Below are positions 35,601 to 46,900 of a DNA stretch of 64,000 nt, one piece after another. Position numbers and translations under genes: made by a program. The notes below the pieces were generated by a model. It saw only the letters and a program-made list of their open reading frames with translations, was not told the DNA's origin and did no database searches. Positions within the stretch are counted from its first letter, which is position 1. Every line of letters begins with the position of its first letter. Location of the stretch: NCBI GenBank assembly GCA_977862235.1, contig OZ374558.1:1736001-1800000 (forward strand), given 5' to 3'. The stretch comes from Dudresnaya verticillata (lineage: Eukaryota).

Positions 35601-38010
35601 AGGAGCTTGTCGGGTGTCTCAATACGCTATGCAGATGCTCGATGTTGTTCTCGGTCAGCTTGGAAAGCCATCCATCGCATTCCCATGGTTGCGTAATGTA
35701 GGTTGATAACGGGCAACTGTTGTCCATGGGGAATGCGTTAGCAGCGTTGTTCGCGTCGTTTGGCTTCTTGATGAGGTTGACAGGCGGGTCGACCAAGTAG
35801 TTGAAGTGGGTGTCCTTCTTTGAGAATGAGAACGCCTGTTTGATGAGGTCATTCCAGTTGAAATTCGGGTCCGGGTCGATGTTGCATGGCTCAAAGTTCA
35901 ACCAAATGTGAGAGTTGACTGCAATAGGAATGGTATCGTTCCACTTGTTCACGATGATGTGGCTTTGTGCTCCATCTCGGAGGCATATGTCGAACGAGTT
36001 GCTTCGGAATGTCTGAAGGCCAACCAAGAACGGTATCGCAGTTGGAGGTAGGACAAACACGACTTGCCGGAAGATGTGCTGCTGCCCATGAATATATTCA
36101 ATATTTGCAATTAGGCATGCGGCATGTAGTGCGGAGACTCGAGTACCTGCGAAGCGAAACGGCTTGACATAATTCGGAAGATGAAGTGTCTGAACAGGTT
36201 GCCAGTTCGCCTGGGCTAGCCATGGTAGGCTGCAAATGCTCTTCGGGGCGCCTGTATCAAGCAGAATGTGCCTGAATACGGAGATGACGCTGTGAGTCAT
36301 GGTCTCATTGTTTGACCACGGAAGCATAGGTACGAGGAAGTGATGAGAAGGAGACGGGTCGTTGTCGTAACTGGTATCGATGACGTATAGGAGTTCGCAT
36401 ATCCAGTTGTCGAAGTCGGAGGTATCCATGCTGTCACTGATGTCGGCTTCAAAATCGGCAAGGTATGTTGCGATCTCTTCCAGATCATCGGTAGGATCCT
36501 GCTCAATGGCTTCGATGAGCATAACAGCTGCAGATCCAACTTGCTTCAGGTTATGTAGACGGTTCTCGTACTTGCGTCTCTCTGGACAGTTTCGAGCAAT
36601 GTGACCTTCCATGTTGCATGCGAAGCAGCGGCGAGTACGAAGTTGAGACGGAACGCGGCTATTCCAACGAGAAGAGTTACCGTATCGTGAGTTACCATGG
36701 TAGTTGTTGTATCGCCCGTTCTGACCATGATTCTGGTAACGACGTGGGAAGCCTCGATTCTCGTACCTCTGCGGTCGACGGTGTTGAGGCGGCGGTCTTG
36801 TTTTGGCGAAGAAGGTGGTGACTAGACCGGGTATCGGGTCATTTCCGTTGTCTGGGTTGACAGGAAACATGGGAGTACCGGGTTGCTTCTTGCGTTTGTT
36901 GCGGTCATCGTGGTTGGAAGCGGCAGTCTTCAGAAGTTGTCCAAATGAGAGAGGGTCTTGGTTCGGAGTCGTGCTCTCATAGAGAGTCATACACCACGGG
37001 AGATCCTTGAATATAGAACGGATGAGTTCGAGAAGGGTCGCATTGTTGTTCATGTGAGCGGGGAGGTCTTTGCAATGAGCCGTGAGGTAGTCAAGACAAT
37101 TACCAGTGGCTTCGTGCTCTGAACTAACCTTTTTGCGAAAGTCAGCATACTGGAGAGCGTTCCAACGGTTCATCTTGCGTTGTTGGATGTTGTTTTCCTT
37201 GACAAGAATGTTGGAAAGACCTTCAACAAAGTCATCGATGGTGGCCGAGTTAGACCGGATGCGTTGCGCAGCGTCTTTGGCACGACCAGTTAAGACAGAG
37301 AAGAGTGTCGGAACCTTGTGCTCATCGGGTATCTTTGATGCATCCATCTGGTCCAGAAACGGCTGCAAGCGGTGGAAGAATGGTTCTTCTTCATCGCCGG
37401 TGATGCGATCTGACTTGTCAAAAATGGAGGTGATAACCTTGATAGCACTGCTCAAGTCCATGCGATGGTCGTAATCTTGCGTCTTGATCGCAGTGATGGG
37501 ATAAGAGTCGGTCGAAGAAGGCGAGTCTTCTGGACGAAGTTGGGCAGTCTGGTCGTTGTCGTAGATACAGTCGTAGCCGTCTCGGTTGGATATGATACAA
37601 TCAATCGGGCTCACGTTACGCGTGTGGGGGCGAGAACACTTGGTGAAGTTGATGAGGATATGGTGTAGAGTTTTTAACCAGAAGGGCTTCATCTTGCGGA
37701 CTGCTGTGGCAGAGATGTAGAAGGAGAAATGGTCACAGCGTTCGATGATGTTGATGTAGGAACGGAAGTCGAACTCCAAAGCTGCGGCGAGGGTAGCTGG
37801 AATCGGACCGGCGTCCGGGTTGTGCTCAGGGATGAGCTGTGAGGTGACGAGGCATATGTTTGTGCACGGCCATTGTTCGTCGTCGTTGAGGTCTTGGGGG
37901 CGGCGGAAGAAGTGCCAAATGTCCTTGGTCTGAGCACGAAGCTCATCGTAGATGTGGTCTTCTTAAGGGTGGTTCAGCATCGGACCGGCTGAGTTGTGAG
38001 ACTCTGCCAT
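32675..38010 (-). pseudogene. Copia gag-pol polyprotein with several frameshifts
   Basis: Zinc knuckle CFACNMEGHIARNC. Protease LLDTGA. Integrase HSVLRH...CRPC, VSLD, YVDRG. RT KWVLHIK, YRARLV, DVTKAYLQ, QVYG, CTDD. RNase H YSDASF, STEESEL, YIDN, NPADAMTK. Confidence 0.93.
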
Positions 38011-38160
38011 AGTGGGAGGCTGGGACGGTGCGGTGAAGCGGGTAAACAAGTCGCGAGCGGTGGATCAGCTTCTTGTGACTCAATGCCGACGGCAGTGAGC
38101 CGTTCCGAAAGCGAGCGATGGCTCAGCCAAGGAATCAACAGCGGCTAGAACGAGAAACGT

Positions 38161-38179
38161 TGACCAGTCGATGCTACCA
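38161..38179 (-). promoter_or_regulatory. Primer binding site, probably for initiator tRNA-Met
   Basis: TGGTAGCATCGACTGG immediately follows the 5' LTR. It implies a tRNA ending ...CGATGCT-A-CCA, i.e. an A1:U72 pair typical of eukaryotic initiator tRNA. Confidence 0.75.
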
Positions 38180-38355
38180 TGTGGGTGACACAAAGGTTTA
38201 TTGGTAAGAGAATATGATGATTATGATAGCAGAGTGGCGCGGGTACTGTGTCTCTTGATATAGGGTTCGGTCCCACACTCGTCGAGGGATCCGGCGTCGT
38301 CCGTACCGACGGTGCTAGCCTATCTTACAGTACATAACTTACACTACCCGTTACA
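38180..38355 (-). repeat. 5' LTR of the Copia element
   Basis: Direct repeat of 31111-31286. Confidence 0.95.
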
Positions 38356-38604
38356 GAAAGCGATTTCCTTTCAGACCGGATCTTGCTTTGAGACGACCTT
38401 TTGGAGAAGGTTGTCCACGCTGTAGCACCATCAATCTTCGTCGTGCTAGGGGCTGTTTGGGCGTGGTGTGCAAAGACAAGAATGCTTCGAGAGGCCATGC
38501 GCAAGGCCACTTTTCTGTTTGTAGCACAGCGGACAGCGGACATTGCGCAAAGAAGGATAAAAGTACGCAATTTGCATACAGGGGCACATCAACGCTTTGC
38601 GTAT

Positions 38605-38800
38605 CTGGTACCGTCGCCGTGCCGTCGTGGTCTCGTCATGGTCCCGTCATGGCCCCGTCATGGTACCGCCATGGTACCGCCATGGTACCTTCGTCTTCGC
38701 GCCATGGTATCTTCGTCGTCCCGTCGTCGTCCCGTCGTCGTCCCGTCGTCGTCCCGTCGTCGTCCCGTCGTCGTCCCGTCGTCGTCCCGTCGTCGTTCCG
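38605..38800 (+). repeat. 11-bp minisatellite, grading from CATGGTACCGC/CATGGTCCCGT into (CCCGTCGTCGT)x7
   Basis: Directly visible. Confidence 0.9.
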
Positions 38801-38806
38801 GTACGT

Positions 38807-39250
38807 TTGCACAGGACACGGCAGGTTCTACAGCGTGTTACAAGCATTCAAGGCGCAATTGACGGCGCAGCTGATGGAACAGCTGACGGCGCAGCTAATG
38901 GTGCAGCTGATGGCACAGCTGAAGACGCAGCTGACGACGCCAGCAGCTGACGGCGCACCGTTAATCGCCATGTCCGATTACATTTCTACGTCCGCTGGCT
39001 GGTTGCATCGAGCGACTGTAACAGAACCTGCACAAACGGAGCTTTCATCGCTTTGCGCATCACGACCAATGCGTACAGCTCTAATTGCATGCTTCGTCGA
39101 ACTGTGAAGGCCGTGTTTACCATATGTGTATAATTGTTCAACGCAGATAAACGGAAGTAGAACGGATCCGTTTCGATTTTCTACTGCTGTTGGCGACCTA
39201 ACACGAGCAGCTTTGCTCGCAGCAACGCGTGTAACGCGAATGTGTTCATC
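38807..39250 (-). repeat. Dispersed repeat family E, truncated at 39250
   Basis: Near identical to 30200-30592. Confidence 0.85.
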
Positions 39251-39370
39251 CATTCAACACCTTTGTCAACGACGTACGATACACTACCTCCCGACTCCGC
39301 AAAGGAGCCGACACGGTACCACAATACGCACCCCCGCGAAGGCCTTCCGCCCTAAACGACGCTAACTATG

Positions 39371-41790
39371 TCACGTCGCAGACGGTTTTTCCGAGTCCGC
39401 CGCACCATCGCCCTCGGCGGACTCCCTCAACACCTCTTCAAAGAGGTCGTCTTCCGTCACTGACGGCACAACCACAGCAGAAACAGGGACGGACCGCAAA
39501 GGCACCGCCACCGCCACTAATGAAGGAGTAATACGCGCCGCTGGCGAGGAGTTCGACTCACCACCCGCCTTAGGCGGCGAAACCTTTTTGGCTTTGCCAA
39601 CCGCCGATGGCGCAGAACCAAGTCCATCATTCGCCTCCGGCGCTGCCATGATAACATCCGCCTTCGGCGTAGTTGCAGGGACTGTACCGTTGGACGACTA
39701 AGCAACCACAACCGCCTTTGGCGTAGAGTCTAACTCATTACTCGCCTTCGGCGCCGCAGCAGAACCAACCGCCTTCGGCGCAACTGTCGAAACCGTCTGA
39801 ACCGACGTAGACCCCTCACCCGCCTTTGGCGTCATTGGTTCTATATCCGTCATCAACGCAGGAGCCACTGGACCCTCCTCAACCGTCGGAGACGTTGTAC
39901 CGACATTTGCTTCGCTCGCCGCTGGCGATACAGTAGCAATTACGTCTTTGGACGCTGAAACAGTCGCCTTAGGCGATGACGACTTTCCGTCTGCACCGTC
40001 TTTCGACGCAGAACCTACACCAACCATCGGCACCGGCACCGACGCACTCTGGGGTTGCGATGCAGCCGCCAGAGACTGGTTCACCCACTCAGTGGGCGAG
40101 CCACTCAAACCGCTAGTAGCGACTCAAGCTGCACGCAATAAGGCAAGCACGGTGCGGTGCTGTTCCTCGGCCCAGACCGGCACCGAGGGCGCCTTCACAG
40201 ATCCGTCTATGAAGTTTGATACTCCGCCTTGATGCGTTACGGTCGGCGGAGCCGACTCGACTATTGGCGTCGCCATAACGGCATCGCCATCAACGTCCGA
40301 GACGGGAGCCGCAAGGTCCAAGGGTGCCACAGTGCCACAGCTGGCAAGCCAGCTGACACCCCAACACCACTGGCAGACCCTTGCGGCAAAGCTGATGGTG
40401 GAGCCGCAGCCTCGGCAGATGACTCAACCGCCATAGGCGTAGCGACAGCCGTCCCAGACGGGTTCCCCGGTTCGCCATCGGCATTAAAAGCATCTTTCTC
40501 GGCCATCAAGGCACTCAAATGGGGAGCAAAATCACCGACAAAGTCGCAGCTCTTACGCAAACCACGCGGGTGATTACCCGGTGTGAAGCGGTCCGTTTTG
40601 CGATGGCGCTCCGCAACGTTCTTCGTCGTACGACGCTTTGTCCATGGATTATAATGGATCCAATCGCCACAGACGGAGTGAGTACGACTCATCGCGAATC
40701 GCGGGCGGTTCGTCTTACGGCGGTTGTTCCCTAACGGCACCATCGCCGGGTCGTTCCAATTAATTTCATCCGCTACTGAGCGCAAATCCCAGAACTCCTG
40801 GCTATTCCTCGACCCGCCGAGTATCTCGGCTAGGTCCAGGCCACCAAGAGACGCGACTACGCGAGGTGGCAGATAATACATGCGGAAGGTGTCATAAACC
40901 TCCCACATCCAAGCGTACTCTACGTTTGCCACCCATTCGGTGTAGAACATCACCCACCATTTGGCGTACGGGTCCGTCATTAACTCCGACCCGATATACG
41001 TGAGACAAGGAGGAAGTTCGGCAGCGAAACCTTCGCAAATTTCGAGCTCTCGCCAAACGGGCGGCACCTTCACGAAGCAGTGAGGCAACTTACTGCGTTC
41101 GATATGATCGACCTGCATATCATGGTAGGCCACAAAGACGCCCTTTCGGCGACGCGTTTCACATTCCCAACGTATGCACCGTTCCCAAAAGAACGTACCC
41201 GTTCTTTGGTGGTAACGAAAATCCGCTTTCAAGCGTATACCTAGGAGTTACGCCTCCTGTCTGATACGCGGCTCTGCCGAGACGCTCAGATGTTTGAGCG
41301 ATAACGTCCCTAGACGATTCCCATAGGCGATCTCGCCATTGGTCCGGTATTGACCGACATCAAACTCAAAGATGGCCGGCGTTAACGCCGAGCACAGATA
41401 ACGCGTGGTGCGACGATACACGTCTGCGACGAATTTGGCATGAACGCCCGCACGCGATTGCCCTGCGCGAACCCACAGCCACTCGGGCGGCACCGCGCAG
41501 CGCAACTTCCAATCCATCGTCCAAACGACGGCGAGGGGGAGTCCCCCGGTAAGAATCCGCTAGTAGCGTAATGAGCAATGAGCTCCTCATTGCGCAAGGC
41601 CTCCTGGTCAAACCAGGGGGCCGGCGCGAAGACGTCCCCGTGATCCTGCGGGTTCTTCCCAAAGAAGTTGTACGGCGACAAGTATACCGGCGCGGCCGAG
41701 GGCGCCGCGACCTGAACACCATTGAACGTCGGCATCTCGTCGGCGACGCAACTTCGCTTACGCCACGGGCGCCTAAGGTCAAACAAACGT
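39371..41790 (-). pseudogene. Interrupted ORF of unknown function: Trp/Tyr-rich globular region followed by an Ala/Pro/Ser/Val-rich tail
   Basis: Chain of ORFs 41382..41786, 41248..41517, 40261..41232, 40124..40330, 39698..40108 and 39371..39649 on one strand, with protein-like composition. Confidence 0.6.
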
Positions 41791-42189
41791 CAACGACGAC
41801 TCGTGCCCAACGCCACAGGGGGTTATACTTTCTGCCTACGTCAAAGACGCCTTTTGTTCCGCGCCACGGGCGACTCCGATGAAGCTGCGTCACAGACGGG
41901 AAACACCTGCGCCTTAGGCGATGAGCTTCGCACAACTCGTCTACGACGATGCAACTGACACGCCCCAGGCGCCGAATTGGATGTGGCGTCGTTGACGGGA
42001 TTCACGATGCGCCAGCGGCGATGAAGTACGGTGAAAAGAGCGCGAGAGAGAGAGCTCGCCGGACGCAAACGCGCAGCACGCGAAGTTAGCACGGCACAGC
42101 CGGAACGCAGGACCGCACACACAACGAAGTGGGATCCGCAGAGAAACGCAAACTTGCGGCGGAAGTGTTCGCGTTTTGCGAGGGGGTCG

Positions 42190-43061
42190 TGTGGTGCAAG
42201 GGGAGGGCTGCCACTTTTTCGCTGTGAGCGTATTATATGCCAACGTCTACCGACGGCATATCAACCGCCGTTGGCGCGCGAACACGTCATAGACGATTGG
42301 CCCACGGGCATACGGCCGCCGTTATCCCGCGCGGCGCGGTGCACGCGCACATTGTACGGCCAGATCCGGATGCATCATCCCGATCGGCCAGGCGCAAGGC
42401 GCACGCCTGTAAGCTTGACCCGGATCCGGATCGGATCCGGATGGGACATCGGGATCCGGCATCGGGATCCACAGTGATGTAAGGAGCGCGCCTCTAATGG
42501 CCGCGCGCCAGCAATGCTGGCGGGGATCTGGATCCGAATCCGGATCACCCGCACTGCTACACGCATGCGCCTGTAAGTCACCCATTACTCGCACGCGCAC
42601 CTGTAAGCTACTCCTGAGCTCCCGCGCACGCGGCTGCATGGCGACGACGACGTGTCAGACACTCGAAGGCGCGACACGCGTCCTGAGTTCCCGCGCACCG
42701 CGCCCGCCGCCGTCGCTCACGTAGTATATTAGGTAATCCGTCTGAGACGCTCAGTAAACCCCGGATAAGCCGGCCTTGGTCCAGACTTCCCCGTTCCGCA
42801 CGCGCGTACCCTACCGCTGCCTACGGCCCAAGCGTCTATCTCCCGTGCTTCCACGTCTATAACCGTCCTTGACGTGTTTTCTTTCTGCTCCCTTTTTCCT
42901 TCCTTTCCGCCTCGGGCGTCTACAGTACGCCCAAGGCGTGTCCTCTGTGTGGTGCTCTACCACAAGTCGCCCAAGGTGAGGCTTCTCACCGCCACGGGCG
43001 CAGCTACCCACCGAGCCCCGAACTGCTCGGCGGTGTTCCGTCCTCAGACGTTTGCACCACA
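42190..43061 (+). repeat. 872-bp LTR
   Basis: Termini TGTGGTGCAA...TTGCACCACA, GC-rich with GGATCC repeats, TATA-like GTATATTA at ~42724, related copy at 12289-12860. Confidence 0.8.
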
Positions 43062-43933
43062 ATAAAAGCAGTAAGGGCTTCTGGGAGCTTTGTTGTACTG
43101 GAGCCAGCATTTAATCTGGAAACTTGAGCGTCGAATCGTGATTCGAAGTTTTTGTATGTCTCCGTGGTTCCGCGCTTGGTACTCAATAGGGCAATAAAGT
43201 TTTGGTAAACTTCACTGACAACCGAGAGTGCATCTTATTTGTATACAGCATTCACCACAGCTTCTGAGCCAGTAGCAGATTGGATCTCAGTATCGGGAAT
43301 GGATTTGCATAGATCTTTTGCTCTTCCATAAAGCTGGGACTGAAGCATTATACCGCGAAGTTCCCTGGGTATCTTGTTTGAGTTAGAGTCTGGGAGCCTG
43401 TTATGGAAAGCATTCCATAAAGAAACAGATAGTGAGTACTCTTCTTGGTTGCCTTTGCCATCTGTCCAAGGAATATTTTTGATATCCCAAGGAAACCTTG
43501 GGTGAGTCGGCAGATACGCCGATGATGAGCCTGGGCCCATAATAATAGAGGAATGCTGTTTGGATCAGTAGCAAGTTGGCAGTAGCAGCGGTATCAGAGG
43601 AACAGTAGATTTACAGAACAGAGTAGAACAGATTGTGTTGTGTAGATGAAATTTTGTCCGCCCTTCGAGAGGGTAGAACAAGAGAGAACGAGGTGGTACT
43701 TATAGGCAGGCGAAGATTGCCTCTAAAACTTAAAACGACCGTTGACTAAACCAAGAAGAAAGTGATCACTGAGAACCATTGTGAATACAACTACGTAAAA
43801 CGTAACCATGGTTCGTTAGCATGAATACGACCGTAGAATAGTATCTGCAGTATTAATACGACTGTAGAATCATTTCTTCAGTATGCATACGACTGTAGAA
43901 TGATTGCATCAATATGCATACGACCGCAGGACA
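43062..43933 (-). mobile_element. 5' end of a second Copia-like element (5' LTR 43780-43933, PBS, gag start), cut by the 42190-43061 LTR
   Basis: 154-bp TGTC...CACA LTR with four 31-bp subrepeats, then TGGTTCTCAG PBS-like site one base downstream. Gag-like translation LQSQLYGRAKDLC...KRGTTETYKNFESRF with one stop. Confidence 0.7.
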
Positions 43934-43947
43934 ATTAATGCTTTCAT

Positions 43948-46900
43948 TCACATGGTCCCATGTTTTGTACCGCGTCAATGCATTGTTCATGTGGACACTT
44001 CTCAAATGGACATTGTTCACATGGAAATAGGGACAGGGCTTCTACCAGCCAAATACACCGCTAATATTGGAATCCCATTGTTCCATCTCTTTCAAGATTG
44101 CATAATCTTATCCATCTCATCGACCTCAGCGACCTGAAGAACGTAAATGTTGTGTTGCATCGATTAGAGGTCCTCGTTTCAATTCTATTTCAATTCGTGA
44201 CCCGCTCTGTGCACACCCACATACCTCAGGATATAGCCAACGTTCAAACATAGATATTGGATATCACAATACCATTTATTAATACTTTCATGCCCCATTG
44301 CGCTGACCACGTGCCAGGGCGCCAATTTCCAAAGGTCAAACATACAATAGCTGCAGCTGGCGGACGATCTGAGCTAAACAAGGCACGTAACTGCATGACG
44401 AACTGGCGACGTTGCTGTCTCCTGAGCCCTACGCCCACTACGTTCTACGGTTGCGCGAGGATGGCCCCAGCCGGATGAATAGCGATACGCTTCGGGAGTT
44501 GCTCTACATCCAAATCTTCTAGGATCTAGACCACCTCTGAACCGACGCTGAGAGTCATATGCAGAAACGCGCTCCATGTTGCAGATCGCGCAGATCCCGC
44601 ACTCGGCCAAGAGAGCGGAATCTTAAGTATGGCACAACGTGTGAACGCATGACGGCGACGGCGATGTTATATTGAGAATCGAACGGATCCCGTTTTCCGC
44701 TTGTGGCACAGTGCTCTCCGCAATGTTGCAGCGAAGAATGTGCTGCCGGATATCTTTCGAAAACGGAGTAGTTTTGTGGACCTTTCCGGCAGCGTCACAA
44801 TTTCCTAAGACACGGCCAAAAGTAAATCAGAAATTCGTCTTGTACCCTGTTCTAGCACATCATGTAAGTTTGGGGACGGTGCAGTGCCGCAAGCTGGAAA
44901 CATGACGAGCGGCGCATTGCGTGAGCGAAAATGTGAGCATTGTCGGGACGTGCGAGATGAGACGAGCCTCGCATGACCGCGCCGCCAGTACCTTCGAAGG
45001 TACACCGCACCTCAACGGGATGCTTTCCTGAGATATGCAAGCCTTGTCGTCCTTATCGCGTTGAAGGCCCACAGTGGCATTCACATGCAGTCCAGTTTTC
45101 AACCTGTCTAATAGGCACTGTCAGGTCGTTCACAGAGCAAGGAGCCACCATGAAGATGGAACAGTGTGTGAGAACGTCGCCCTGCATGATTCAAACCACC
45201 CATAGTTCGTGAAAGAGCACGAGCGTGGCAACGTATAGAAGGAGGGGCGTTGGGCCTTCGCCAAGGTGGTGATGAATCGAACGCTACGCTTTGACTCTAC
45301 CGCAGAGCCCCAAGAATATTCTTCGGTATGTTTTTCTGGTGCACGTTGTATTCCAAACGTACCAAAACCCGAACACTGCCGTTCGCATTATCCTTGATAG
45401 GAAATCCCGGCGACCTGGAGGTGAGCAGGTTGGTTGACACAGCTGAGGATCGAGCAGGTTGAAATGTGTTTCGCTCAAAGAAGACCGGTACAAGCAGCCT
45501 TCAAAGACCGGTTTTGTCCGGGAAGCGGCAGCGGTTCTGGACGGCGTGACCTTTGTTACATATTAAAGGCCGTCCCCTCTTCAACCTTGTACGGTCGGCG
45601 TGTAGTGGGTAATACAACCACATCTCTATGTCGACGTTGCTCACCGAACGCCTTCTTCATCATTCGAACACCATAGCCGTACAGAGCTTTGCACGAGCCG
45701 TCGAAACAGAATTGCACGGATCGCCTGTCGAAGAATCAAGAACGGCACCTACTTCGAATTCCATTCCTTCTGTCTATATCAACTGAACCTCACTAGTCGA
45801 CATGAAAGTATCGGTAACATATGTTTTTCTGATTGCTCTCCATATCTTAATGACGCCGGACAACGGTCTAGTACAGTTAGAGTTAGACTTTCTGCATCGT
45901 TCCTTCCTCCTGAATTCTGTAACAGAGTGTTTGCCAATCGTGGAATGGGCCTGGTTGATCCTCCGAACCTGCTGGAGATCCCTACAAAACCTAAATAAAG
46001 CTCTACTAATATCAACGCAATGTGGCTGAGCAAGCTGTTAAAGAGTCCACCCTTCCGCTGCCGAAACACCCCCGACCACTGATGGGCTTCCTACTGCCAT
46101 GATGAACACAAAAGAATAAAGCTGTGCTACTTGAGTGAGTGCGTTGGGCCACAGCCCCGCGCTACTGGCGTCAACTGATCAGTCTATTCTCAAGATATCT
46201 ACGATTTCCGGCGGGGAATTCGGCTGCAGATGCCGAAACACATACACCCAAAGCTTTGGTTGAGTACATTCTAATATCACTACGCTTTGCACAATTTTGG
46301 TAGCGTCACCAAGGCGATGAAGCACACATCTCGGGTTCTCTATGTGAGGTTTCGTCACTTCTCCGGTGTCACAAAATGGAACCGGCAAAATATGTTTGCA
46401 ATGTTGTGGAGTGAGCGTCTAGCTACCAAACTGCTGTGTATGCAAGAGCACTCTGTGTTGACTGGTACGCCTTAAACCTGCACGCGGTTCGTTCCCAAGG
46501 AATGCCAAACTCTGGTATCAGCACATTCGACAGCTCAAGAGCCAGGGCCCTTATGCGATGCGAGGGGTTCATACTGTTATACTCTCACGCTGCGCGTAGC
46601 TTATGAGGCCTTCCGTGATCAGTCAAGACTCACATGGTCTCATCTTTTGTAGCACGTCAATGCATTGTTCATGTGGACAGTTTTCAAATGGACATTGTTC
46701 ACATGGAAATAGGGGCAGGGCTTCTACCATCCAAATACACCGCTAATATTGGAATCCCATTGTTCCATCTCTTTCAAGATTGCATAGTCCTATCCATCTC
46801 ATCGACCTCAGCGACCTGAAGAACGTAAATATTGTGTTGCATCGATTAGAGGTCCTCGTTTCAATATTATTTCAATTCGTGACCCGCTCTGTGCACACCC

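Larger units (their letters stand above)
31111..38355 (-). mobile_element. Full-length Ty1/Copia LTR retrotransposon (GalEa-like), decayed
   Basis: Paired 176-bp TG...CA LTRs, TSD GAGAG/GAAAG (one mismatch), PBS, PPT, and domain order gag-PR-IN-RT-RH. Confidence 0.95.
39251..43061 (+). mobile_element. 3' portion of an LTR retrotransposon (superfamily undetermined, pol absent) with antisense ORF and 3' LTR
   Basis: The purine-rich tract GAGGGGG at ~42180-42186 precedes an LTR with 10-bp inverted termini. Confidence 0.65.

Noticed and set aside
38388..39107. 239-aa ORF with RRRPVVVPSSS and AQLM repeats
   Set aside because: Translation artefact of the 11-bp and 12-bp tandem repeats
43840..43933. 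31-bp repeats as CRISPR or iterons
   Set aside because: Contiguous tandem subrepeats without spacers, inside an LTR
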